IMG/VR virus record: IMGVR_UViG_3300038379_000130
Coordinates: 1 to 48,099 of that record
DNA length: 48,099 nucleotides
DNA from: a virus
Taxonomy: Duplodnaviria > Caudoviricetes
Strand: one strand, 5' to 3'
Shown here: piece by piece, positions 26,103 through 35,219 of the stretch
Numbering within the stretch: the first letter of the stretch is position 1
Layout: each line of letters starts with the position of its first letter
Notes under the pieces: model-generated
Database searches by the model: none
Told to the model about the DNA's origin: nothing
Seen by the model: the letters and a program-made list of their open reading frames with translations, nothing else
Position numbers and translations under genes: made by a program

Positions 26103-26313
26103 GAGCAGCCCTCGTCAAGACGAGCCCGGAAAGCTCAGCCTGAAGCTCTCCGTCGCCGACATGCCCGAAACCATCGCGGCCGTTCGCCGTGAGATGGCAG
26201 ACATCCTGCGCGAGACGGCCGACGACGAGCCACCGGCGGTAGCCGCGCGTCTTCGGCAGATCGCAGACCTCTTCGAGGCCGGGCTGCGCGAGGAACCGAA
26301 CGACGCCGCCTAG
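26101..26313 (+). CDS. small antisense hypothetical protein within the head-tail operon
   Basis: 70 aa helical ORF exactly filling the gap between two minus-strand genes. Confidence 0.45.
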   Translation: MSSPRQDEPGKLSLKLSVADMPETIAAVRREMADILRETADDEPPAVAARLRQIADLFEAGLREEPNDAA

Positions 26314-26840
26314 CATCGGATCAGATCCAGCGTCGCCGACCTCGAACGGACATACCCCCACTCCGGCGGGATCATTGACCGCACGATGTCAGGGACCGTC
26401 GTCGCCGACGCGGCTTTCGCCGAGCCATCGAAGTCGATCGAGACGGGGCCGGCCGTGATCGAGCTGATGCCCTGAGCCGCTACGTCGTTGTCCGCGGTTC
26501 GGTCTGCCACCATGAGCTGCCGCGCGAACTCTGCCGTGGCGCGCTGCAGCTCGACCGGGATCACGGTCGTCGGCACGCTGTAGCCGCTTCGGTACAGGAG
26601 CCCGCTCCGGGGCCACAGAAGCGCCTGAGTCTCCGTCACAACCGAGCCTTCCCACTCATAGAGCGAGTCGAGGAGCCGCGTCGCCCAGATGAGCGCCGCG
26701 GTGCGCTCCGACACGGAGGCGTCCGCCCAGGTCGCGGCCACGGGCACGCGCTCGAGGTGGAACTGATCCGCGACCGCGAGCGAGCAGTATGAGTTTGCAT
26801 CGCTGGCGCCGGCCGTGACGATGATGGTCGGGTTCGCCAC
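26310..26840 (-). CDS. head-tail adaptor (DnaT-like family)
   Basis: ANSYCSLAVAD...ALIWATRLLD...QALLWPR...IPVELQRATAEFA. Confidence 0.8.
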   Translation of the reverse strand: MANPTIIVTAGASDANSYCSLAVADQFHLERVPVAATWADASVSERTAALIWATRLLDSLYEWEGSVVTETQALLWPRSGLLYRSGYSVPTTVIPVELQRATAEFARQLMVADRTADNDVAAQGISSITAGPVSIDFDGSAKAASATTVPDIVRSMIPPEWGYVRSRSATLDLIRC

Positions 26841-26846
26841 GTTGCC

Positions 26847-27251
26847 TTAGCGCCCGAGCTCCGAGCGCCTCGCCTTGATCGCCCTGAGGATCGAGCGGCG
26901 TCCGCCGCGGTTCTTGAGGCTCTGCATCTCGGCGTCTTCGAGCGCCTCGAGCTCGCTCTCGCTCTTCGCGCGGGCGATGAGCGCGAGGGCCTCGTCCATG
27001 TTCACGGTGGCGATCGAGCCGGGCGTCTCGTCGAAGCCCTGCGGCTCTGGCTCCTGGGCCGGCCTCGCCGGCGGCGCAGGGGCCGGTGGCGGCACCTGCG
27101 GGGCCGGGGCCGGCTTTTGGCCCTGGTCCAGCGAGCCATCGCCGAAGAGTCGGTGCCTGGTCGAGTCGAAGTCGCGCTTCGCGAGGATCAGCGAAGCCCC
27201 CGGTTTGTCGGGGTCCACGATCCGGATGAAGAGGTTCGGGTCCAGGCCCAT
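26847..27251 (-). CDS. hypothetical protein downstream of capsid
   Basis: MGLDPNLFIRIV...; Pro-rich linker; C-terminal helical RRSILRAIKARR. Confidence 0.65.
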   Translation of the reverse strand: MGLDPNLFIRIVDPDKPGASLILAKRDFDSTRHRLFGDGSLDQGQKPAPAPQVPPPAPAPPARPAQEPEPQGFDETPGSIATVNMDEALALIARAKSESELEALEDAEMQSLKNRGGRRSILRAIKARRSELGR

Positions 27252-27283
27252 CGTGCGCGACCTCCGCGGAAGGGGTTGAGGGA

Positions 27284-27318
27284 GAGCCGACCGAGGGATC
27301 ACCTCCCCCGGTCGGCTC
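27284..27318 (-). terminator. stem-loop after the capsid gene
   Basis: 10-bp inverted repeat GAGCCGACCG/CGGTCGGCTC. Confidence 0.45.
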
Positions 27319-27334
27319 ACACCGTCACGCCGCG

Positions 27335-28516
27335 TCAGTCGCGGGCGCGAACGGCCTTGTTGCCGTCGAGCGTCTTCACGCCGTACAGGCAGTCGAGCGC
27401 GACGTAGAACTTCGAGTTGTTCGGGTCCGCCCAGGTGCGCGCGCGAACCGACAGGCCCGAGGCCGGGTCCACCGGCGTCGAGAAGACGTTGACGCCCTGC
27501 CCGTTCATGAAGTCGGGCAGCTGCGCCATCGCCAGCGCGAAGGCGTTCCGGTGGAAGGCGAGGTTCTGCGTCATCGTCCCGCCCGATCCGGACGTGAGGA
27601 CGACCGTCACGACCTGATCGTCGACGACGGCCGACTCGAGCCCGCCCTGCGCCACGTTCGGCGAGCCGTAGATGACGAAGTCGCCCTCGTTCGTGGCCAC
27701 GGTCGCGGCGCTCGTGACGACGTACTTCTGCGTGTGGCCGGTGATCTCGATGATCGTCCCGACGGGATACGTCCCGTCCGTGATGCCGTCGATGTGGATG
27801 GTCGTGCTGCCGGCCGCATAGCCGGCGCCGTTGTCGATCGCGCCCGCGAGGTCGGCGAAGGTGCCGTTGGTGAAGCTCGGGGCGTTCTGGGCGGCGAAGA
27901 AGTTGAAGCCGTACCTCTTGCCCAGGTAGCCGCGGAGCTGCGTCTCGACGCCGGTCTGCCCGGCGCCCTGCCACTGCGAGAACGCCGCGAGGTCGAGCAG
28001 CTCCTTCTCGATCGTCCCGCTCACCGCGAAGTGGACCATCGACTCGTCGGAGAGATCGACCTTGTTGCCGAACATGATCTTGCGGACGGCGGTGATGTCG
28101 GCGACCGCCGCGGGCCCGGTCCAGCCGCTGTACCACGGCACGTCGACGTACAAGCCGAACAGCGCCTGGTCGATGTTGTCCGCGAGCGCGTAGGCGGCAG
28201 GCCGGATGTGCTCGTCGACGATGCGCTGACTCGTGTAGGCCAGCTCCTTGTCCGTCAGGGAGAACTTGACCTCCTTCCACTGATTCAGCGAGATCGACGT
28301 GCTGGTGGCGGTGATGTCCTGCGCCGAGCTCGGCGCGTTCTGTGCGGAGAACGAGCCCGGGACGCGGATCGTGATCGTGTCGCCGTACTGGCGCGCGGTC
28401 GCGGAGTCGTCGAAGCCGCGGTAGACGCGGGCCGCCATCCCGAGGGCCTTCTCGAGCTGGGTCAGCGCCTCCTGCGCGTAGAAGATGGGGTTGTACGTCG
28501 AGAGCGTGTTCGACAT
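27335..28516 (-). CDS. major capsid protein (P22 coat-like)
   Basis: MSNTL...GDTITIRVP...PAAYALADNID...NLAFHRNAFALA...DCLYGVKTL. Confidence 0.9.
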   Translation of the reverse strand: MSNTLSTYNPIFYAQEALTQLEKALGMAARVYRGFDDSATARQYGDTITIRVPGSFSAQNAPSSAQDITATSTSISLNQWKEVKFSLTDKELAYTSQRIVDEHIRPAAYALADNIDQALFGLYVDVPWYSGWTGPAAVADITAVRKIMFGNKVDLSDESMVHFAVSGTIEKELLDLAAFSQWQGAGQTGVETQLRGYLGKRYGFNFFAAQNAPSFTNGTFADLAGAIDNGAGYAAGSTTIHIDGITDGTYPVGTIIEITGHTQKYVVTSAATVATNEGDFVIYGSPNVAQGGLESAVVDDQVVTVVLTSGSGGTMTQNLAFHRNAFALAMAQLPDFMNGQGVNVFSTPVDPASGLSVRARTWADPNNSKFYVALDCLYGVKTLDGNKAVRARD

Positions 28517-28650
28517 GTGGCTGCGTGCCTCCTCAAATCAACCCGAACCGGCGTTGAATCGAGCGCAGCCATCACGGCCTGTGCGACTCGGGGCGTCACG
28601 CCCCAGGAGCCCCTAGCGTCGATCTTCGAAAACGACTCGCTCGCGACCCC

Positions 28651-29424
28651 CTACTGGATCACGAGCTCGACACCCGCCTTCTGTGCCTCCTGCCGGGCGC
28701 GGACGTACTTGGCCCGGTCCTTCGCGTCTTCGGACGAGAGCACGACGGCGCCGGACGTCCCGCGAGTGGTGCTCGGCGTCGCGCCTCCACCATTCGAGGG
28801 CTCGAACCAGTGCGCCCGATCCTTCGTCCGATCCGTGAGCCACTCCTCGACGGTGATCGGCTTGCCGTCCTTCCCGAAGGCCGGCTCGCCGTCCGGCTTG
28901 ACAGCCACCGGATGCCCGTCCTTGAGCTTCCACACGGTCTTTCCGTAGAGCACGGCGTCTTCGATCGCGGTCGCGCGCACGCCGGCCTTCGCGGCTGCGG
29001 TCCTGATCGCGCCGTCGATCAGCAGCTCCTCGAGCCTGCCGTTGAGCTTCCCGTTCGCTTCCTCGAGCGAGCGCACGCGTCCTTCGTGGTCGGTCTTCAT
29101 CCGCTCGATGCGCTTGGCGACCATCTCCTCGATCTTCGGCAGCAGGGCGGCCGGCACTTCTCCGAGAGCGGCCTTCTCCTCGAGCGCCGCGAGCTGGGCG
29201 ATCGCCTCGCGAGCCTTCGCGGGATCGGCGTCGCCGAGCGCCTTCTTGATGTCTTTGAGCTGGCGCTCGATGTCGCCCCGTGCCTTGCGTTCCTTTTCGA
29301 GGGCGCCCTTCAGGCCGTCCTCGCCGTCGAGGTCGAGGACGAACTTCCCGTCCTTCTCGACGTATGCCGACCGGAGGGCCTCGGGGATCTCGTCCAACGA
29401 GGCGACTTCGCGCTTGAGGGCCAT
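28651..29424 (-). CDS. capsid scaffolding protein
   Basis: SLDEIPEALRSAYVEKDGKFVLDLDG...LKGALEKER coiled coil; HWFEPSNGGG. Confidence 0.85.
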   Translation of the reverse strand: MALKREVASLDEIPEALRSAYVEKDGKFVLDLDGEDGLKGALEKERKARGDIERQLKDIKKALGDADPAKAREAIAQLAALEEKAALGEVPAALLPKIEEMVAKRIERMKTDHEGRVRSLEEANGKLNGRLEELLIDGAIRTAAAKAGVRATAIEDAVLYGKTVWKLKDGHPVAVKPDGEPAFGKDGKPITVEEWLTDRTKDRAHWFEPSNGGGATPSTTRGTSGAVVLSSEDAKDRAKYVRARQEAQKAGVELVIQ

Positions 29425-29437
29425 CGCGGTCCTGAGT

Positions 29438-29737
29438 CTAGCGCCGACCCTCAGCCGAAGCGCATTTCACGATATCGCTGAAATCCGCGGCCGCTTGCTC
29501 CGCTCGTCGCAGGCAGGCAACACGAACGAACTCAGCGAGCGACTCGCCCAGCATCCCGGCCGCAGCTCGGATCTGTGCATCGTCGTCGGGACGCAGCCGG
29601 AACAGGAACGCCTTCGAGCACTTCTCGGTGGGCGCCAGCGGCCGGCGTCCGCGGCGGCCGTGCGCTCGTCTGTCTGTGTGGCCCGAGGTGCTGATCGACC
29701 GGACGACCGCTCCGAGTGACGTGGATGTTTCGCTCAT
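29438..29737 (-). CDS. ribbon-helix-helix (DUF1778-like) protein
   Basis: FLFRLRPDDDAQIRAAAGMLGESLAEFVRVAC. Confidence 0.65.
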   Translation of the reverse strand: MSETSTSLGAVVRSISTSGHTDRRAHGRRGRRPLAPTEKCSKAFLFRLRPDDDAQIRAAAGMLGESLAEFVRVACLRRAEQAAADFSDIVKCASAEGRR

Positions 29738-30330
29738 CGATCTGGCTCCGTTACGGACTGCGCGCAGCGACAGCGCGGATGGAGCGGAGGCCCGTCCACG
29801 TCGCCGAGCGGCGTCTTGAACTGCTCCGTCAGCGGCACCTGGGCGCCGTCCATCGGCTCGCAATAGGGGCACAGGCGATCGTCGGGCGTGACGATCCATT
29901 CCTTGACGGCATCCTCCGACAGCAGCCCGTCCTTGACGGCCTCGCGCCAGCCCTCGCGCGCGCCCTCGTTGAGTGAGCCGAGGATCTCCGTCCTGGCGAT
30001 CGTCTCGGCGCGCTCGCGGATCTTGCGCTCGACATAGCGATCGACGAGCGCGTCCACACGATCGAGTGGCAGGCCGGAGTCGATCAGGTCGCGGCGGTAG
30101 TTTTCCGCGGCACGCGCTTGCTGCGTGTTCATCCCGATCATGCTCCGGATCGCGCGTGCGGCGTCGTAGGGCGGAACGCCGTCTCGGATGCTGGCGACCA
30201 CGAGTGACCGGATCGCGGCCATCGTCTCGCGCGCGATCTCGGTGATGAGGCGAGCTGCGGTCTTTGCTGCGACGCGCTGGGCGGCGACGTTCGTGCCGGT
30301 GAAGCCGAAGGCGGGAAGCGGGGAGCCCAT
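29734..30330 (-). CDS. minor head protein (MuF/SPP1 gp7), C-terminal part
   Basis: RAETIARTE...KEWIVTPDDRLCPYC...PPLHPRCRC. Confidence 0.88.
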   Translation of the reverse strand: MGSPLPAFGFTGTNVAAQRVAAKTAARLITEIARETMAAIRSLVVASIRDGVPPYDAARAIRSMIGMNTQQARAAENYRRDLIDSGLPLDRVDALVDRYVERKIRERAETIARTEILGSLNEGAREGWREAVKDGLLSEDAVKEWIVTPDDRLCPYCEPMDGAQVPLTEQFKTPLGDVDGPPLHPRCRCAQSVTEPDR

Positions 30331-30331
30331 G

Positions 30332-30670
30332 TCAGCTATGGATTCGCTCCGGATCACCGGCCTCACGGATCGCCGCGTACTGCTCTGGCGTCCGTCGCCG
30401 AAGCAGCGTGTCGAGGCAGTCGACGCCGCCTGGCTGAAACGCGCGGCACGTCATCGGCCGCGCCTCATAGATCCCGCAGCGCCCCTCGGGCGTGAGCTTC
30501 GTACAGGGTGCCGGGAACTCCAACATGACGCCATGCTGCAGCGTCGGGCGCTGGCTGAGGCTGTGCAGCTCGACCCATCGACGGGCGTCAACGCTCGGCG
30601 CGAGGATGTGTATCGCTGGGACGTGGAACGTCTCGCAGCACGCGCCTCGGCACTTCAGGCAGTCGGGCAT
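30332..30670 (-). CDS. YkgJ-family Cys-cluster (CxxCxxCC) protein
   Basis: CLKCRGACC...PCTKL...GRCGIYEARPMTCRAF. Confidence 0.85.
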   Translation of the reverse strand: MPDCLKCRGACCETFHVPAIHILAPSVDARRWVELHSLSQRPTLQHGVMLEFPAPCTKLTPEGRCGIYEARPMTCRAFQPGGVDCLDTLLRRRTPEQYAAIREAGDPERIHS

Positions 30671-30954
30671 CAGGCCGCCGCCTTCTTCGCTTGCTCGCGC
30701 CCGACCTGGCGCCCGCGGCGCATGGCCTCGGCTTTCACGTTCCCGGCCGCCATGAGTGCGTCCTCTACCGCCGCCCTCGGAAGCAGCGCGAGCGCGCGCC
30801 GCTGATCCTTCGCCGCCAGCGCGAGAGCCAGGTCGTTGATCGAGACGGAGTCGCGGATCTTGGCGAGGGCTCTTCGGAGCGCCCGAGCCATCTGCGGTTC
30901 GAGTCTCCGCGCGGCGGCATGGACGGCGCGGTAGTCACGCGATGCTTTCGGCAC
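30670..30954 (-). CDS. probable N-terminal part of the minor head protein
   Basis: RLEPQMARALRRALAKIRDSVSINDLALALAAKD resembles the N-termini of this MuF subtype. Confidence 0.55.
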   Translation of the reverse strand: MPKASRDYRAVHAAARRLEPQMARALRRALAKIRDSVSINDLALALAAKDQRRALALLPRAAVEDALMAAGNVKAEAMRRGRQVGREQAKKAAA

Positions 30955-30957
30955 GTC

Positions 30958-31209
30958 TCAATTCTCCCTCCCTGCTTGATACGTCCGGTCGCGCTCGGTC
31001 AGGCCGTACCGGCGCATGGCGTCACGTCTCACATTCTCGGCGAGCGCCCAACGGTGCGCTTCGTCCATGAGCCGCCGATCCTGCGCCTCATCGAAGACGT
31101 CGAGCCAGCGCATGGCCCGGGCCCGCTCGGCTTCGTCCGATCCCGTCGCCGCGGCCCTCCGCGCCTGCCGGTAGCCCTGCAGGAACGCCCGCCAGAAAGC
31201 GCGGATCAT
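30958..31209 (-). CDS. hypothetical protein
   Basis: 83 aa, ATGA-coupled to the portal. Confidence 0.55.
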   Translation of the reverse strand: MIRAFWRAFLQGYRQARRAAATGSDEAERARAMRWLDVFDEAQDRRLMDEAHRWALAENVRRDAMRRYGLTERDRTYQAGREN

Positions 31210-32939
31210 GGCGCACCCTGCGTGCTCGTATTGGCTGCTGACACGAAGCCGGCCCCGGCAGAGCCCATCATCCTCGTCGCCTGATCCCTGGTTAGGTTGA
31301 AGAGAATCTCAAGCTGCGCGATGCCGGCGTCGCGCGGGATCTGCTGCTGAGCCACGGCGCGAACAATCTCCGTCGCCGCCGTCACCTGTGCGCCGTTGAG
31401 TACGGTTTCCGTCGTGACTTCCACTTGACGCTTGCTCACACGCCCCCCACCTCCGGCAACATCGTCATCGTCGTTCGTGTCCGTGTTGCTGTCCGTGTCG
31501 CTGTCGTCGTCTGCCATGGTCCCGCCCTCGGCGATGATGTCGCGCTGCTCCTGCTCGACCGTCACGCCCTCGCGCGCCCACTGTCCAGAACTCAGGATCG
31601 AGTAGAACGTCTTGTAGCTGATCTTCTCCGCGAGCAGCATCGCGAGCGCCTGCTGAACGTCCTGCGGCGTGAGCCGGGCCGAGAAGAAGTCGGACGGCAG
31701 CGTCACGCGCACCGTCTCCGGGATCGGTGTGCCCTTGGCGCCAGTCCACCAGCCATGCCACCGCAGCATCCGCGTCGTCGCCTGCTGGACGGCCGCCGTG
31801 ATCGTGTCGAGCGCCGCCGCGTCGCCTCCGTGCCGAATCCTGACCGCCGTCGCGGTTTCTTGAGCGATCTCGCCCGGCTCCAGCAGCCGCGCCCCGAGCG
31901 CGGCCATCTGCTTTTCCTTTGCCGCCATCGCCTCGCGGATCGCCGCCAGTCCGGCGCCGCTGAACTCCAGCATGCCGGCCTTCCCGTCCTTGTCGAGGTT
32001 CCAGCAGACCGAGGCGCCGATTCTGAGCTTCGATTCGGCCGGAACGCCGGCCGCCCACGGCGTCGGGATCGCCGTGAAGTAGAGGCCGTGCTCGTGATCG
32101 GCGCTGTTGCGATAGTGCGCGATCGAGACGTGCGCCAAGTCGTCGAGCGGCGGATCTTCCACGTCGGCCCCCACACCCAGCGGGCCGACGAAGGTGAACG
32201 GGATGAACGGGAGCGGATCGCCGCGCCGGGTCGGAACGCTCCAGGGCCCGGCCACGTAGTCCGACGCATCCTTCGGCTTTGACCAGATGCGGACCTGGCA
32301 GACGCCGTCGATAAGGCGCAGCTCACGATACAGGCAGGAAGTCTCGTGCATGAACTCGCTCGGCTGCTCGACATCCTCGCGGATCACGACGAGCACGAGC
32401 TCCGAGGGGTCGTTGCCGAGCTTCGCCGTCTTCCAGTTCGTGATGGCCTCGGCGGGCTGGCCGATCCAGTAAGGGCGGTCGCCCCCCTCCGCAGCCATGT
32501 CGAGCAGCATCCCGTAGCGCCCGACGAGGATCACTTCCCGGAGCGCCTCGCGCGCGAACGTCTCGAGCGATTCGTCGCGCAGCGTCACGTCCTCGGCCTG
32601 GCGCTTCAGATCTTCGGGCGCCTCGATCGCGAGCGGCTTGCGGAACACGGCTCCGCTCAACGCCTGGACGGTGCGCCTGATGGCGTTCAGATACGTCGCC
32701 CGGTCCTTGTAGAAGCTGTAGTCGCTCGAGTCCATACCCTGCGGATGAGGCAGATACGAACTCGGCGCGTAGGACGCCATGGTCGCGGGACCGATCGACG
32801 GATCGCCCGCGCTCACTCGGGAGGGATCGACGCTCTTGACCTGATCAGCCCCCCCGTAGAGGTCACGCATGCGCTTCCAGACCGGCAGATGCTTCCGGTA
32901 CTGAGGATGCTGCGCCTCGATCGTGTCCTTTGCCGCCAT
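31206..32939 (-). CDS. portal protein (DUF4055 type)
   Basis: YKDRATYLN...LSGAVFRK...IPFTFVG...HYRNSADHEH...ETATA. Confidence 0.9.
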   Translation of the reverse strand: MAAKDTIEAQHPQYRKHLPVWKRMRDLYGGADQVKSVDPSRVSAGDPSIGPATMASYAPSSYLPHPQGMDSSDYSFYKDRATYLNAIRRTVQALSGAVFRKPLAIEAPEDLKRQAEDVTLRDESLETFAREALREVILVGRYGMLLDMAAEGGDRPYWIGQPAEAITNWKTAKLGNDPSELVLVVIREDVEQPSEFMHETSCLYRELRLIDGVCQVRIWSKPKDASDYVAGPWSVPTRRGDPLPFIPFTFVGPLGVGADVEDPPLDDLAHVSIAHYRNSADHEHGLYFTAIPTPWAAGVPAESKLRIGASVCWNLDKDGKAGMLEFSGAGLAAIREAMAAKEKQMAALGARLLEPGEIAQETATAVRIRHGGDAAALDTITAAVQQATTRMLRWHGWWTGAKGTPIPETVRVTLPSDFFSARLTPQDVQQALAMLLAEKISYKTFYSILSSGQWAREGVTVEQEQRDIIAEGGTMADDDSDTDSNTDTNDDDDVAGGGGRVSKRQVEVTTETVLNGAQVTAATEIVRAVAQQQIPRDAGIAQLEILFNLTRDQATRMMGSAGAGFVSAANTSTQGAP

Positions 32940-32952
32940 AGCCTCTGCTCTC

Positions 32953-34416
32953 CTATCCGATCGGGCGCCCGGTCAGCGCGTGCGTCATGCGCGGAGCACG
33001 CGGCCCGCCGGTCAGCTTGTTGAACGCGCCCGACGCAGCGTCGATCTGGTCGGTGTAGCCATGCTCGCCGTCGAAGTTCTGCGCCTCAACGAGGAACGCC
33101 TCGAGCCATGGCCCGGCCATGACGGAAACGTTTCGCGCTTCGGCCTGCGCCGCGAGCGGGCCGGCGCGGGCGAGCTTCGAGCCGGTCACGGGTTCCGCGC
33201 GGATGCTGAACCCGGCGAGCCCGCGGATCGTGTTCTCCGCGCTTTCCTTGCCGCCGGAGCCGGGCTCCTGCTCGCACCAGATGTCCACCGCGCCGTGCCT
33301 CGCGCGGTCAGTCTCGGCGGTCTGCCGGATCACCGTCTCGCGGTTCCCGCTCGACCATTGCCCGCGCACGACATCGGCGATCAGGAATCCTCCGGCCACG
33401 ACCTCGCCCATGAGCACACCGGCCGAGTACTTCCCGCCGTCCTGCGTCCCGGCCTTGTCCCAATAGCGCACCCAGCGCGCCACCTTTGGCAGCTCGCGCA
33501 GCGGCACGCCGAACCATGAGCGGTCGAAGACCTTGCCGGCCATCGTCTTGATCTTCCAGTTGCCATGCAGCAGGCGCTCGCGCTCGACGAGCGGCTGCGC
33601 GAGGAGCGCGGCGCGGTAGTTCGGGTCTGCTTGCTCAAGGATCGGGTTGTCCTCGAGCTTCGCGGGGATGAAGGTGATGCTCTTCGGGCGGAAGTCTGTC
33701 TCGGGCATCTCCTTGAACCGAGCGCGCAGCTCGGCTCGCGAGTCGCCCCAATGGAGCTCGTCCGCGAGCCGGACGAACCAGCGCACGACGCCGCTGCGCT
33801 TCGTGATCGGGTAGCCGGTCGCGGGGTCGATCCACCATGAGACAAGCCTGTTGAGCCATCCTCCGACCTCGTGATCGTCCGGGACAGGATTGCATGTCGC
33901 CCGGACGTAGGGACGGACGCCGGCGCGCGCGGAGCGATTCCGCGTGAGCAGATACCAGAACTGGCGCTCCTCGAACTCCTCGAGCTGGTCGAAGCCGATG
34001 AGTGGGATCTGCGCGCCTGTCCAGCGGTCGACGTCTTTCCCATGCTGGAGATGGGAGAACGCGACCGTCATGCCGCTCGGGAAGGTGTAGCTAAGGCGGA
34101 CCTCGTTCGAGACCGCGCGGAGCGCCGGGTAGAGCTCGCGCGCCTCGTCCCACAGGCCGCCCTCGTTCCTGATCTGCGGCTGCGTCCGCCGAAAGATGAC
34201 CGCCCCGAAGTCGCGATTGTTGGCATGCCGCAGCGGCTCGAGCAGCAGGCTCCAGGTCTTCCCGCCTCCGGCGGCACCGCCGATGATCGCGATGTCGGCA
34301 GAGGACGAGAGGAAGTCCTCTTGTGGGCCGGGCTGCGGCCGGACCTCGCGGACCTCGCGCCCGGCGCCGTTCTCGATCGCGTCGTTCTCGATCGCTGCCG
34401 CCGCTGCGCTGCTCAT
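32953..34416 (-). CDS. terL: terminase large subunit
   Basis: PQPGPQ, GGAAGGGKT, IGFDQLEEF, RATCNP, RYWDKAGT, EQEPGSGGK, DQIDAASGAF. Confidence 0.95.
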   Translation of the reverse strand: MSSAAAAAIENDAIENGAGREVREVRPQPGPQEDFLSSSADIAIIGGAAGGGKTWSLLLEPLRHANNRDFGAVIFRRTQPQIRNEGGLWDEARELYPALRAVSNEVRLSYTFPSGMTVAFSHLQHGKDVDRWTGAQIPLIGFDQLEEFEERQFWYLLTRNRSARAGVRPYVRATCNPVPDDHEVGGWLNRLVSWWIDPATGYPITKRSGVVRWFVRLADELHWGDSRAELRARFKEMPETDFRPKSITFIPAKLEDNPILEQADPNYRAALLAQPLVERERLLHGNWKIKTMAGKVFDRSWFGVPLRELPKVARWVRYWDKAGTQDGGKYSAGVLMGEVVAGGFLIADVVRGQWSSGNRETVIRQTAETDRARHGAVDIWCEQEPGSGGKESAENTIRGLAGFSIRAEPVTGSKLARAGPLAAQAEARNVSVMAGPWLEAFLVEAQNFDGEHGYTDQIDAASGAFNKLTGGPRAPRMTHALTGRPIG

Positions 34417-34817
34417 TCCTTCGACCGCCCGTTGTCGGGCATGTAGATCGAGACCGGAAGCGAGAGAGGCGAGCCATCCGGGTTCTCGAGCGCCAAGCGG
34501 TTTCGGAAGTCGGGGTCTTGATGGCTGAGGATGAATCGGATCTGAGCCTCGTTCCCGTCGAGCGCCATCTCGAGGCACTTCCCGCGGACGCGCGCGAGCA
34601 TGCGCCGCTTCCCTTCGTGCATCTCCTCGAGCAGGTGCTCGCGCGCCGAACCGAGCGCCATCCCGAGATCGGTGGCGATCTCGCGTTGCGACCAGCCGGA
34701 GTAGGCCAGAAACTCGGCCCGCTCTCGTTGCTTCGGCGTGATCTCGAGCCCGCCGCGCCCAGGATGAGGGCGCGTGTAGCCGGTGCGCTTCTTCTGTCGC
34801 TTGCGCCTGCCCTTCAC
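34413..34817 (-). CDS. terS: terminase small subunit
   Basis: HTH (GWSQREIATDLG) directly upstream of terL; ATGA overlap. Confidence 0.7.
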   Translation of the reverse strand: MKGRRKRQKKRTGYTRPHPGRGGLEITPKQRERAEFLAYSGWSQREIATDLGMALGSAREHLLEEMHEGKRRMLARVRGKCLEMALDGNEAQIRFILSHQDPDFRNRLALENPDGSPLSLPVSIYMPDNGRSKE

Positions 34818-34829
34818 TCGCTCGCCTCT

Positions 34830-35219
34830 CTAGCTGCCCTGCCCGATGTCGCCGCCGATCTCGATGATGTGGCGCGTCTCGGGCGTGTCGCGGTTCGGGA
34901 ACGTCGCGCGCACAGTGCCCGGGCCGCGGACCTCGTACTCGAGCCGATGGAAGCCCGGATAGAGGTGTGTCGTGTCGGTCCAGTCGGTCGCGAGCCAGGT
35001 GTAGCGGACGATGCCGGTGGTCGGGGTCGGGTCGATCGTCATGGTCCGGCTGATCACGCCGCCGTCGCTCAAGTAGATGTGCATCTCGACCTCGTCGGCG
35101 CCGGTCAGGTCGTAGACCGTGAGGTCCGGGTTCAGGAGCGTCGCGACGAGGATCGGGCGCGTGTCGCGGTGTTTCAGGTAGTGGTAGCAGGCGGCGCTCG
35201 GCCGCGTCGAGGTCGTCAC
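34830..35219 (-). CDS. BppU N-terminal-like beta domain protein
   Basis: YLKHRDTRPILVATL...DLTGA...GIVRYTW...EYEV...TFPN. Confidence 0.65.
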   Translation of the reverse strand: MTTSTRPSAACYHYLKHRDTRPILVATLLNPDLTVYDLTGADEVEMHIYLSDGGVISRTMTIDPTPTTGIVRYTWLATDWTDTTHLYPGFHRLEYEVRGPGTVRATFPNRDTPETRHIIEIGGDIGQGS

